Positions 11,001-17,283 of a stretch of 64,000 nucleotides of DNA are shown one piece after another. Below the pieces are notes generated by a model. It had not been told where the DNA came from, did no database searches, and worked only from the letters and a program-made list of their open reading frames with translations. The position numbers were made by a program, and so were the translations under genes. This DNA comes from a virus. The stretch lies in the IMG/VR virus record IMGVR_UViG_3300045988_171839, positions 1 to 64,000 of that record; one strand, given 5' to 3'. Positions within the stretch are counted from its first letter, which is position 1. Each line of letters opens with the position of its first letter.

Positions 11001-13361
11001 GTCCAAAGCATCGCTAAAGCTCAATTTTTTCAACAAAACGTCAACTAAGGCTTGTCCAATGTTGGTCGACAGGTTTGTGGTATCAAGGTTGTTCACACTG
11101 GCTTCAATTTGACTCTTATCTAGTTCATTTATCGCGTTGTCTATAGCCCGAGTTACAAGTGGTCCGATATTTCTTGAGCTGGTTTCCTCTCTTGCTGATA
11201 TTACCGTCGCCCGCGTCTTGTCGGGCGTTAATTCAACTCCCGTTATTGTCGAAATGGCTTTAATAAGTTCTTGACCTACCTCACGATATACGACACGCAG
11301 GTTGCCGTAGGCACTATTTGCTTTTGTGCCCGTATGTGCCCTTACTAGTTCTCTACCCGTTAAGGTCACATCTCCTGTCTCGGGATCAACATAGAGATCA
11401 ACCTTGCCTTTTGCGGCCTCTCGGCCTTCGGCAGCCAAAAGTTTTTTATAGGCGTCTTGTTTGGTTTGAGCACTTTTCTTTTTCTTACCCTCTAGCCCGT
11501 ATTTTGACAGGTCAGCTTTAGAAATTTTAACCGATACGCCCTCTCGAATTGTATCCAAATTCTCAATTTCATCTTTGGACACCAAGGCCATTCCATCAAC
11601 CAAACCCTCGATTAAGTCACGATTTTTATCAAGGAGTTTCGCCGCGTCTTGTTTCTCCTTGTCTGTGCTCGTAAGCAAATTACCAACTTGTTCAAACAAT
11701 CGGTTGATGTCAACCTCTATATTTTGTACACGTTCGGGTGGACCTTGTTTAGCATAAGCTTGGATATCGCGACCTTGTATTTTACGAGTTACGAGGGCCA
11801 TTTTGTCCTTCATTTCTTTGGCGCCCCACAGTCGATAATGGCCAGAATCTTCTTCGCTCATTGAACCAACAGAAGGTAGCCAAGAAAAGTTTTTATTAAA
11901 TTCTCGCATTACTGCGTCTGAGAGACCGTTTTTCATTTGTTGGTCTCGTAAACTCTTTTGTACGCCAATATCCCGCTCCCCAAATCCAGCAAAGCTAACA
12001 AACATTTTAGAAAACAATCTAACGAGCTCTGCTTCAGTAAGGGTAGAACCTTGCGCTTTCTCAAATTTTGCTAAACGTTTCGCCTCATTCTCAAAACGAG
12101 TTCTGCTTTCAACTAACGCTTTATCTGCGCCAACACCATACAAGTTGTCTTGTCGATCAAACTTTGAGGTTGATTTGTGAACAGTTTCGTCTTTGATGTC
12201 CCCAATACGTTTACGCGCACTTGCGATTGTTTTGGGAGCATGTTGAGACATCTCTACAAATTTTTGCGCCTCAGCATCCGATACTTTTACTCTCTTAGCT
12301 TGATCAACCACATAATCGTCATTTCGCTTATCTAAGCCCCCAACCGCAAAAGAAGCAGTGGCAGCATTTTGACGATTTACCTTTCCCGTTCTATCAAAAG
12401 CATTGACACTATTTTTATCATAAACAATAACTTTAATCTCTTGAGAACCCTTATCTCGAGCAAAACTGACGCCATATCCCGCCTTTTGCATATTAGCAGC
12501 ATATTCTGCTGCTTGTTTGGCACGCTTTTTGCCCTCTTCCGTAATTTTACGGGGATCGAAATATTTAAGAACTATAGCTTCTGCTTCTTTCTGCGTCGAG
12601 AAAGCGTTTTGTTGTATTTTTTCTGCGACCTTTGTTACTCTACGAGCACTACCACTAACGTCCTTGTTGGTTATCGTTGGATTGTAATCGGGATTTTTTT
12701 GTTGTTTGGCCTTTTTTGCCATATCTAAGAATTTGGCAATTTCTCTATTCACCGCTGGCGAGCCACTCGTGGATGAAAAGTCCGCTAAAGTGGTGTTAGC
12801 AAGTGCTTTCTTGGCTTTTTTAAATTGTTCACTGAGGTCAGTAGAATCTTTTAAAACCGATTTGTACTCTTTGTTAATTTGTTCAAAGATGGCTCTATAA
12901 CCAGCAGAATATTTATTTAAGTTATTTAAACCTAAACCCTGATTTATCTTCGCCATAGCCAAGCGGCCAATTTCATCATCGTTTAAGCTACCGATAATTT
13001 TATCCACCAACGGCAACACTAACGTTCGAGTAGCTTCGTGGACTACAGCGGGAGGCAATTTGGCCATCTGTGTTGACAAACTCGAAAAAGTGTCTTTAAG
13101 AGTTTTCCTTAATTCACCAGGAAATTGTTCAAAATTATCTCGAATCCAAGCAAGCGCCTTTTGTTGGGCTTGTGTGATTTTTTGTTGTTGAACTGCAGCC
13201 TCTAACTGTTTATCAGTTGTTGTTTTTAAAGCGTCTGTTAAATATGTGGCTGTCGTCCCTAAATTCTCTGCGGTAAGTTGCGAATCTTCGAGCATCGCAA
13301 TAATTGCACTATCAGCCGAACCAACGCTTGTTAAAATGGGAGTATAGTCCATTCCTTCCAT
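2016..13361 (-). CDS. Giant (3,781 aa) multidomain tail tape-measure protein
   Basis: Single uninterrupted 11.3-kb ORF. aa ~2215-2400 (nt 6162-6719) match the TP901-type tape-measure core as I recall it (LSKLGMIEAGQATTYLTSMIKGFKL...VDKLTAVDMEAAVSAGGIAAAMQ). There are Gly/Ala-rich hydrophobic segments (nt ~4950-5110) and long coiled coils. Extra N-terminal signatures are described in the findings. Confidence 0.85.
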   Translation of the reverse strand: MEGMDYTPILTSVGSADSAIIAMLEDSQLTAENLGTTATYLTDALKTTTDKQLEAAVQQQKITQAQQKALAWIRDNFEQFPGELRKTLKDTFSSLSTQMAKLPPAVVHEATRTLVLPLVDKIIGSLNDDEIGRLAMAKINQGLGLNNLNKYSAGYRAIFEQINKEYKSVLKDSTDLSEQFKKAKKALANTTLADFSSTSGSPAVNREIAKFLDMAKKAKQQKNPDYNPTITNKDVSGSARRVTKVAEKIQQNAFSTQKEAEAIVLKYFDPRKITEEGKKRAKQAAEYAANMQKAGYGVSFARDKGSQEIKVIVYDKNSVNAFDRTGKVNRQNAATASFAVGGLDKRNDDYVVDQAKRVKVSDAEAQKFVEMSQHAPKTIASARKRIGDIKDETVHKSTSKFDRQDNLYGVGADKALVESRTRFENEAKRLAKFEKAQGSTLTEAELVRLFSKMFVSFAGFGERDIGVQKSLRDQQMKNGLSDAVMREFNKNFSWLPSVGSMSEEDSGHYRLWGAKEMKDKMALVTRKIQGRDIQAYAKQGPPERVQNIEVDINRLFEQVGNLLTSTDKEKQDAAKLLDKNRDLIEGLVDGMALVSKDEIENLDTIREGVSVKISKADLSKYGLEGKKKKSAQTKQDAYKKLLAAEGREAAKGKVDLYVDPETGDVTLTGRELVRAHTGTKANSAYGNLRVVYREVGQELIKAISTITGVELTPDKTRATVISAREETSSRNIGPLVTRAIDNAINELDKSQIEASVNNLDTTNLSTNIGQALVDVLLKKLSFSDALDKYVGSNVSARTKFTGETLYLLDELTGGKNGYEIVDGKLQTKALASSFTDVVGARYGEYEPRGAASLPTNWEVEDLERSARAAGVEITPENSDFLQTVQLVAFGATAKDIEEKKKRIRDYNEHIERQAQLIGSRAGLNPDYINRNAGVNTIVVGSRDMYGNQAHFIDINTLRRTEKLDNGQSNPEYRDETIWGKLDEKLQSMDQTQAKLATILVDLGADMGEARYLDLGKYTDEIGDYNESLENLLMAVQAGASASEKKDLLTAVLKAEAYNFENTGGAVNEQFLAKMAHNQEEARQAAQERYDKRYKKRLAYSTFYGENTNIVATDTANEVDALRERMKDSGTYVDKEHIRASVALGLNAYKSDDFVENLAQYLQLFAEQGQDKAIESALANQNFKNFAEMVDFATNIFTTGTKEHQNFYGGTNPILSRGVEAVLGRQPYSQAINLQYGGLVFGKEGLGTNVIESNRGLNKLIMGDFDGDKLYTALVQLRQAAKLIDATPEQFGWLDETLERVKRYNEFLYRVIGKNIPAITSSDADSSVILDLAKNQVLNDKQMAIVRSYQNQAKDKTGNWSNVAKGARNVLELQKLGTGAVVGGDLNSTIDFIKGSFVFEALEQAEQNAISSKKLWDVAIQDMQTTLGSDLDKVDEQTFAEQLDKSFNIAINKVIDEVYKNKANVNDVIQAGAEQGIYKDNKLEAWRSQRILGTLAMSQNASAYEALEKSGIVKADLDAIAQTIDKYRDWESFRGNEAQFKSLLLNALNNGAFNQFGFSVGTLKAFGGNLDDDFLAKAKQAHGRFREETGPTGLGTAAGELIKAINKLTVTEEKGNKTGFDPKIVSILEEIRDLLAKQGRGGLNERYGKTYMTPTGIAASLNPYYGDESAAGYLQGKIIGFKDSKTRWGSLSLEQKAKKFDYTDLEQFKEDRKSVVGTLIGTLAHAFSESKIKNDPEILMEAKKAFKKNMSMLFDKQEVEKYALIANEYAIRNYGAYNRLAGTDAYRAAEEKVRLNEDSFIVKGKTDAIYTSKRMAENGNDYQMFNVVDFKNEAKLGAKSIEQVLIYVEMYRRIKQDLDEIWRKEGETAALTKMTEQTLLSEATLRQLHQSLDVSAQLVQSYQGKTKVYNIADVPRNISQKLVEGMSLTAEEQKIISNSATASPQLTQTMSPDFQKKYQKATGETFGAEDFGTISVNYEKKLAEEQALKEQLDKAKGQYGDDSLVFKKLTKYYQDLVEEIKAFEKIRKEKIKELALTSDMVNEFTSSAKKEVDHSVAMGDLHFGYEKILKDDEKQRLLAQKQREAVLNQYKRYNDQIAKTEKDMLVLDKQSRTTPSKLERGIQADRGQIDILKAELKELVEKRNLLVENNKLTQAETAEADAQLQTKRELNRLKVAGMAKGAGNWLDVIGSGVKNTITRMFDYNGVYRILNRITQGLRQLVQQVNELDVAMFNLQVVSGDSRQEVSSLINDYGKLAQQLHTTTTQIAASANEWLRQGYEAGQANELIKASTYLSKLGMIEAGQATTYLTSMIKGFKLEAADAVNIVDKLTAVDMEAAVSAGGIAAAMQNVATTAQLAGLSIDKTIGYLSTMIEVTQRDPSSMGMALRTVLARYGNVKAGTFTNMTGIESSDADLENVNDIEKVLGKVGIRIRENAQEFRDFGDVIDELSEKWQKYDSVTKNAIATAMAGVRQRESFLVLMENKDRADELEDVSSLSRGTADTKYAAYEQTLMAAKADLQTSLQSLAKSIQDSGLLIAFTKLANILVKMVVPGFNALASMLWARNSFKLTEQIKYSLNQRKTAPVASLGFFAQKTQQEALRRQEWQQEFYKKKEGSNQTYVDRLLGKTSPKTALSSLTKALDDASIAVRGFTGAIKGSPVQSTTSSPVQSKTPVVDPRRLVYIGSHDVGEWHNIDEYAKGSRFRRPNRAKIRQDLRNGSITTDDVRNIKQMFYQDRQQTKALLGTHIKGNVAGAVGAGVTSALTTGFSQEGSAGAKATAGITAGALTGVGALFGPMGAAIGSTLGSILGPVFAKLVDKEENERKQRAEAAQKQLDALNSLNNTFDEVHDYTEKEYLTSEAILAIKESVNSIDEQMSAQGLDFDDYLKQAAVKMNLGEDFQTIEGIRELLTAADEKTRQKAQEVFDLAQSMAKVQTTQESKALSNMSAEEQRVYWRTLDKEYIKQAFITSGLEQMSLRQLSQTNLDDAIKQVAAQFEKLELTPKSFALYDSKGNVTDEATKYITDQLRKSDRMQELLHGSVLTLSEALQDKDKNANVIESFASALGVSTTRLEEMSKQLGALKLSDLVKSSSQLREMLNGLYGILDSYYETGYLDLDAQEKIISNYPEYVDFISDPSKIVDHINQITAGVKELHIRNSLNDWAKNEKNAEIYVRDFLKSYQNGKYEGLFTDKRYFGELSTPEQMLQRIELLLNADDENEAVLNAVKNKIIEGMQKHEAIATALAEQLDNSKKLESVNKYLDKSYEKQINALEEQKSALEQINSQREYENKLIEAKIKLENAQNEKKKVWREGVGWVYEADTAAIADAQKELEDLDNEKKINELQTQIDELQAQREYLGDIASTQELEGLKKVYESWQKEIGISNTGQAQALHYFAEAYTKIQRLNLDTTQTGSDGKKTEDYLKNISDKRIEALGAAKGAFEAGITEAPASQQDYTVGAVRQVAAYNDNLSKFKTQADAYLQAGGSKEELVKELGLTTDDKGTAVQKLDEILNRETVRLAPVRGARFDHGLYNNVSSVYTTWQPNSTNDAGFLAAKPSETYVLLNGGKWANVSRMFHIEHNKDLREPKYSGLIFGETKGTKQLFWNYDGIIYKASLRKDDYQKTQGVDDSFTGLPFYDSSSYAANPETALALEGWNSTKKSTFRGDSYATGTLSTAGGLSLVNDDPQYGLEGVITPQGTLTALPSKSGVVPADLTRNVWQLGEVAPNLIKQLVDINGKFSHTTGFGTDESFNVEHLDVHMVAQPGFDMDDFVRQLQAARNLTRHS

Positions 13362-13414
13362 AATAGCCTCCTCTCTTTATGAATGAGCGCGGGCAATGTG
13401 GTTCCAATCCGCTC

Positions 13415-14071
13415 TTAATCCCGCTTCTCTTCTGTTATAATTTCTTCTTTACTTTGCAAAACTCCATACCTATCCAAAGCATCGGCTACCGCCAATGTCA
13501 CCGGATCGTTAATGTGAGCAATTTTAATCAAGTTTTCAACCACTTCGGGTTGCAATCCTCCCACAGTGTTTTTTAACTCTTTTGTAACTGTTTGTAATTG
13601 CTGCGGGTCAAACGTCGCGATAGAATTAATCAATTCTAACCCAGTCCTAAAGTTCACCGCCCGATCGGCCATCGTGCACAGCCGTTCATAATCTTTCTTA
13701 CAAAAATTTAAAATTTTATCTACAAAACCACACTCATATAATATGTCTACAATCGCCGAGCTTAAAGCCGCCATTTGTAAATCATTTTCAATAGTCGTAT
13801 AGCCCAAGAGACCATATAAAATTAAACAAATTTCAAAATTGGTCATATAATCTATATAAGTCTCGTCTGCTTGTTTATCAAAAGTATACCATACAATTTG
13901 TGCAACTAAGTTTTCTTTTTGGGCCATTGGTAAATAATCTTTTACCAAAATTTGAGGGAAGATTTTGTCAAAGTCTTCCGCTTGCTCGGCGGTCGCTTCC
14001 CCTTTTTGCAACGCTTCGCGATACCGAAGCCATTTTAATACTATAGCTGATAATAAAACCTTGTTTTCCAT
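13415..14071 (-). CDS. Hypothetical protein; tail assembly chaperone only by position upstream of the tape measure
   Basis: Start moved to the ATG at 14071 (MENKV...), which is preceded by GAGGAG. There is no recognisable motif and the call rests on position only. Confidence 0.3.
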   Translation of the reverse strand: MENKVLLSAIVLKWLRYREALQKGEATAEQAEDFDKIFPQILVKDYLPMAQKENLVAQIVWYTFDKQADETYIDYMTNFEICLILYGLLGYTTIENDLQMAALSSAIVDILYECGFVDKILNFCKKDYERLCTMADRAVNFRTGLELINSIATFDPQQLQTVTKELKNTVGGLQPEVVENLIKIAHINDPVTLAVADALDRYGVLQSKEEIITEEKRD

Positions 14072-14073
14072 AA

Positions 14074-15066
14074 TCACTCCTCTTCTTCTCCAACAAAAAA
14101 TTGAGCCCAACGCTCTTCTGTCGGAATATCTGAATATCTCTTGACCATTTCAAGAGAATCCCAAGATTGGATTTCGGCAATAGCCGAATCCGAAATACCT
14201 TCTTTTTGCATATTGGTTGTCCACAAATGTCTCATACAGTGGAAATAAAAAGGCACATTCATCAACGTGCTAATCTTCTCAGCGTATGTATTCATTTGCG
14301 ACACCGTTGCTTGAACAAATTTGCCATCACTGGTAGTAACAAACAGCCATGGCGATTCTATTCCGCGCTCCTCGCGCTGTTTCATCCAAGCATCAAAATA
14401 GGGTTGAAATTTATTTTTTAATACATATTTAGGAATCTGCTTTCCGTTTGAGCCGCGTCCTTTTGTCTTAATGACACCCGTTTTATACATTTTACCATTA
14501 AGAATTAAATGTGCGTCATCAAAAAACTCAACCTTCATCCTGGTCAATTCGGCCTTTCTCATTCCCGACGCAAAACTTAATGCGAGTGCGCAGGCTATTT
14601 GACACTGACCTTGTGCCAAGAGTTTGTCTAAACACTCTTCGACTTGCTCGTCGGTCAACACCGTTTTTTCGCGTACTGGTTCTTTGTGCACCGGTTCAAG
14701 GCTTTTGATTAGATTCCTAAAGTTTGGATATAAATCTTCGTCCAAAACTTCAATACAGTTCGATAGACTGCTGATGGCGGACTTTAAAGAAGCCACCCTA
14801 TTAGAGCTCAAACCGAGCCCGCGCAAATAACCAATGTATCTCACAAAATCTCGCTTTTTGAGATCGATGAAAAACTTGTCTTCATTCTCGGTGTAATTCC
14901 AACAGAAGAAAACTTTCAACTGAGCCTCATACTGCTGGATTGTTTGCGCACTGCGGTCATTCGCTTTGCAATAATCTATAAACTCTTTAACTAATTGTCT
15001 GTTTGGCTTACTGACTGAAGGCCAAGCTTGAGTGAGATTTGCGTTGTAAACTGTTGTTCGTCCCAT
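14074..15066 (-). CDS. int: Tyrosine site-specific recombinase (phage integrase / XerCD family)
   Basis: SAM-like N-terminal domain. Catalytic signature SGMRKAEL (Arg), HCMRHLW (H-x-x-R) and MVKRYSD (Tyr). GGAGGG SD lies 6 nt before the ATG. Confidence 0.8.
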   Translation of the reverse strand: MGRTTVYNANLTQAWPSVSKPNRQLVKEFIDYCKANDRSAQTIQQYEAQLKVFFCWNYTENEDKFFIDLKKRDFVRYIGYLRGLGLSSNRVASLKSAISSLSNCIEVLDEDLYPNFRNLIKSLEPVHKEPVREKTVLTDEQVEECLDKLLAQGQCQIACALALSFASGMRKAELTRMKVEFFDDAHLILNGKMYKTGVIKTKGRGSNGKQIPKYVLKNKFQPYFDAWMKQREERGIESPWLFVTTSDGKFVQATVSQMNTYAEKISTLMNVPFYFHCMRHLWTTNMQKEGISDSAIAEIQSWDSLEMVKRYSDIPTEERWAQFFVGEEEE

Positions 15067-15722
15067 TTGAGTCCCTCCAATCTTTCTATTTCATTATCGA
15101 CATCTTTGATGGCATGATTCGCTGTCAAAGTTTTGCGATGTTTTTTTTCAAGTTTAATTTGGTCATCTATATCTTTATTCCACTTGGCACCTCGAAGACA
15201 GAACCAAAGTGCGATGGCGTCTGATTCGTCGCGCGTAATCGATTCGGGATCGATGTCGTAATATTTACATACCGCCGCACGGATGTCGTCTTTTTGCGGT
15301 TTCTCAATCCCTAAAAGTTTCTTGAAATATGTCTTCACAGAAATCGAATGAATACCGTTGGAATAAGTATAGAGTTTTCTTAAATAAGTGTTGATATTGA
15401 AAACCGCGTGTGCCGCCGCAAGGGCTTGTAACGTTTGAGCCGTTGAGTGCGGTCCGCAGTTAATCGGCAGTTGTTCTTTAATAATAATTAAATCTTCTGC
15501 TTGAAGACTGTACCTATCCAAGAAGTCGTTGACCATCTCATCGAACATTTGATACATTTCGCCGGTAGGCTGATCTGTCGTTCGAGATACGGATATCTGT
15601 TGCACCTCTATGAGGGCATTTGTTGATACATCTAAAAGAGCAAAGCCGCTCTCGTATTGCGCCAAATCGCATACGAGAGCGTACTTATAATCACTTAACC
15701 GTTTGAGGAATTTTGCTTCCAT
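14991..15722 (-). CDS. RuvC-like Holliday junction resolvase
   Basis: N-terminal ALVCDLAQYESGFALLD (first catalytic Asp), IIIKEQLP (Glu) and C-terminal DESDAIALWFC, which resembles the RuvC D-A-x-D-A-h-A motif. AAGGAG SD. The 3' end overlaps the integrase start by 76 nt. Confidence 0.6.
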   Translation of the reverse strand: MEAKFLKRLSDYKYALVCDLAQYESGFALLDVSTNALIEVQQISVSRTTDQPTGEMYQMFDEMVNDFLDRYSLQAEDLIIIKEQLPINCGPHSTAQTLQALAAAHAVFNINTYLRKLYTYSNGIHSISVKTYFKKLLGIEKPQKDDIRAAVCKYYDIDPESITRDESDAIALWFCLRGAKWNKDIDDQIKLEKKHRKTLTANHAIKDVDNEIERLEGLKWDEQQFTTQISLKLGLQSVSQTDN

Positions 15723-15770
15723 TCGTTTCTCCTTGTTTTCCTTGTGTATTACCTTGTGTACTATGTTACC

Positions 15771-17153
15771 TTAGAAGTTGATAATTAACGTATCTCCCGA
15801 AAGTTCGAAGGTGGGTATATCGCTTGCCTTGGCACCGCCAGCTTCGGTCAAAATCTCGCTCGGTGTCCTGTAATATATCCAGCCTGAGCTATCGAATACA
15901 CACACCATTCCTGTTCCCGAACCTTTGTTAGACTTAACCCCTGATTGCAACCAACTGCCTTTTACATATCCGCTTGCGTTTACCGAATATCCGTCAGAAG
16001 TTTGCCCTGTTATTGTTTGCCCTCCTGTGAACGTGTTATTTCCAGCAAGGTTTGCCTTTCCACTTATATCTTGATGACTTGTGAGAAATGTTGAACCTTT
16101 TGTTAAGGTTAATTTTCTGTTTGTAGCGTTGTAAGACGCCGCAGTAACAGCATTACCTGTTCCAGTCACTTCTACACTCGTGGCACCAGTATCAGTAGGG
16201 ATTGTTGGTTTGTTTAACAAATCGTTGTAAGAACCCGTTTTTGCAACTTTGTGTAGATTTATTGTTCCTGACCCTGAAAGAGCTTCACTGGCGCTTGCTG
16301 TCTGCGATGTAGTATTGTTTGTGTTCAGTGTTTTTATACTCTGGTGTGATGTTAAAACAGTTCCAAGGTCGACAACGCAGTCGCCATCGGGTTGTTTGGT
16401 AGAATTATTAATCCTGATAGCGCTAACAAGCCCTAAGTTCTTCGTAGCGACGGCATATATTCTACCACTTGTATCGTCACGTTTTATGCCTAACAAACCC
16501 CCCAAGTTTCCGCTTAACCAGGATGCGTTTATTTCCACATATCCCTGTGTTTTTAAGCTGACAGTGCCATAACCAGAATTTATTGTCTGTTTAGCGGTAA
16601 AGGTGTTTTCAGTATCAAGTTTTGCAAGATTGTTAGAGGATGTTAAAACAGTTCCAAGATCAACAACGCCGCTGGTGCCCTTACTGTTACCGTTCATCTT
16701 GATTTCAGTAATAGTACCTGTTTTCTTCAATCCAGGAAATGCGGTTTCATTAACACCAACATCACTTGCGCTTAATGTAATATCGGCACTTAAAGCCTTA
16801 TTATTAACTTTTCTTGTTTTGGGCACAGCGTTATCTGCTTTTGTGCCTTGTGCTGCGGTAGCAAAGAACCCTACATCTTTTTGAGCCGCAGTGCCTAGTC
16901 CATTGACCGTGCTTTCGAGACTAGTAATCCTGTTGTCATAATCTATAAGGGCAAACGGGAGATTATTGATTGTTCTCGAACCGTCGCCAATTTTGAAACG
17001 AACTGCTTGTGTCTGGACTCCGCTAGTGTTATATTCCGCATCATATATCACAATTTCTCCCTTTTTGGGAATAAAAGTCGTTGCGTTTGCCCAGTTGGCA
17101 GCAGTATCGTGCTTTTGTTGTATTCTAGAAGTTATTTTTTTTTCAGCAGCCAT
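15771..17153 (-). CDS. Tail fibre protein (Mtd/HylP-type N-terminal motif)
   Basis: N-terminus KKITSRIQQKHDTAANW....IPKKGEIVIYD....RFKIGDGSRTINNLPFA is the conserved fibre N-terminal motif. Internal modules are shared with the 19810-21501 fibre. TAAGGAGG SD. Confidence 0.65.
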   Translation of the reverse strand: MAAEKKITSRIQQKHDTAANWANATTFIPKKGEIVIYDAEYNTSGVQTQAVRFKIGDGSRTINNLPFALIDYDNRITSLESTVNGLGTAAQKDVGFFATAAQGTKADNAVPKTRKVNNKALSADITLSASDVGVNETAFPGLKKTGTITEIKMNGNSKGTSGVVDLGTVLTSSNNLAKLDTENTFTAKQTINSGYGTVSLKTQGYVEINASWLSGNLGGLLGIKRDDTSGRIYAVATKNLGLVSAIRINNSTKQPDGDCVVDLGTVLTSHQSIKTLNTNNTTSQTASASEALSGSGTINLHKVAKTGSYNDLLNKPTIPTDTGATSVEVTGTGNAVTAASYNATNRKLTLTKGSTFLTSHQDISGKANLAGNNTFTGGQTITGQTSDGYSVNASGYVKGSWLQSGVKSNKGSGTGMVCVFDSSGWIYYRTPSEILTEAGGAKASDIPTFELSGDTLIINF

Positions 17154-17262
17154 TCGGGCCTCCTTATCGTTTTCAAATTAAGCCGAAAATAAAAGCTTTA
17201 AGATCGTTTTCACTTAAAGCTCGACGGGGGTTGCCACACCCCGTCTATTGTTTAAGTTTATG
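16913..17262 (-). repeat. Direct repeat copy 1: fibre 5' leader, hairpin and first ~80 codons
   Basis: Alignable by eye, with scattered substitutions, to 19448-19797. It includes the SD, a ~65-nt leader and the hairpin GACGGGG-loop-CCCCGTC (17223-17245). Confidence 0.7.
17223..17245 (-). terminator. GC-rich hairpin upstream of the fibre gene (weak terminator or regulatory hairpin)
   Basis: The minus strand reads GACGGGGTGTGGCAACCCCCGTC followed by GAGCTTTAAG. The stem is about 8-9 bp and only a short U tract follows. It is conserved at 19757-19780. Confidence 0.35.
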
Positions 17263-17283
17263 TGTATTTATTGATGTTAATCA

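Noticed and set aside
14074-15066. Taking the integrase as proof of a temperate lifestyle
   Set aside because: No repressor, Cro-like switch or attP is visible in the window, and the gene sits in the late tail module. Lifestyle cannot be decided from this window.
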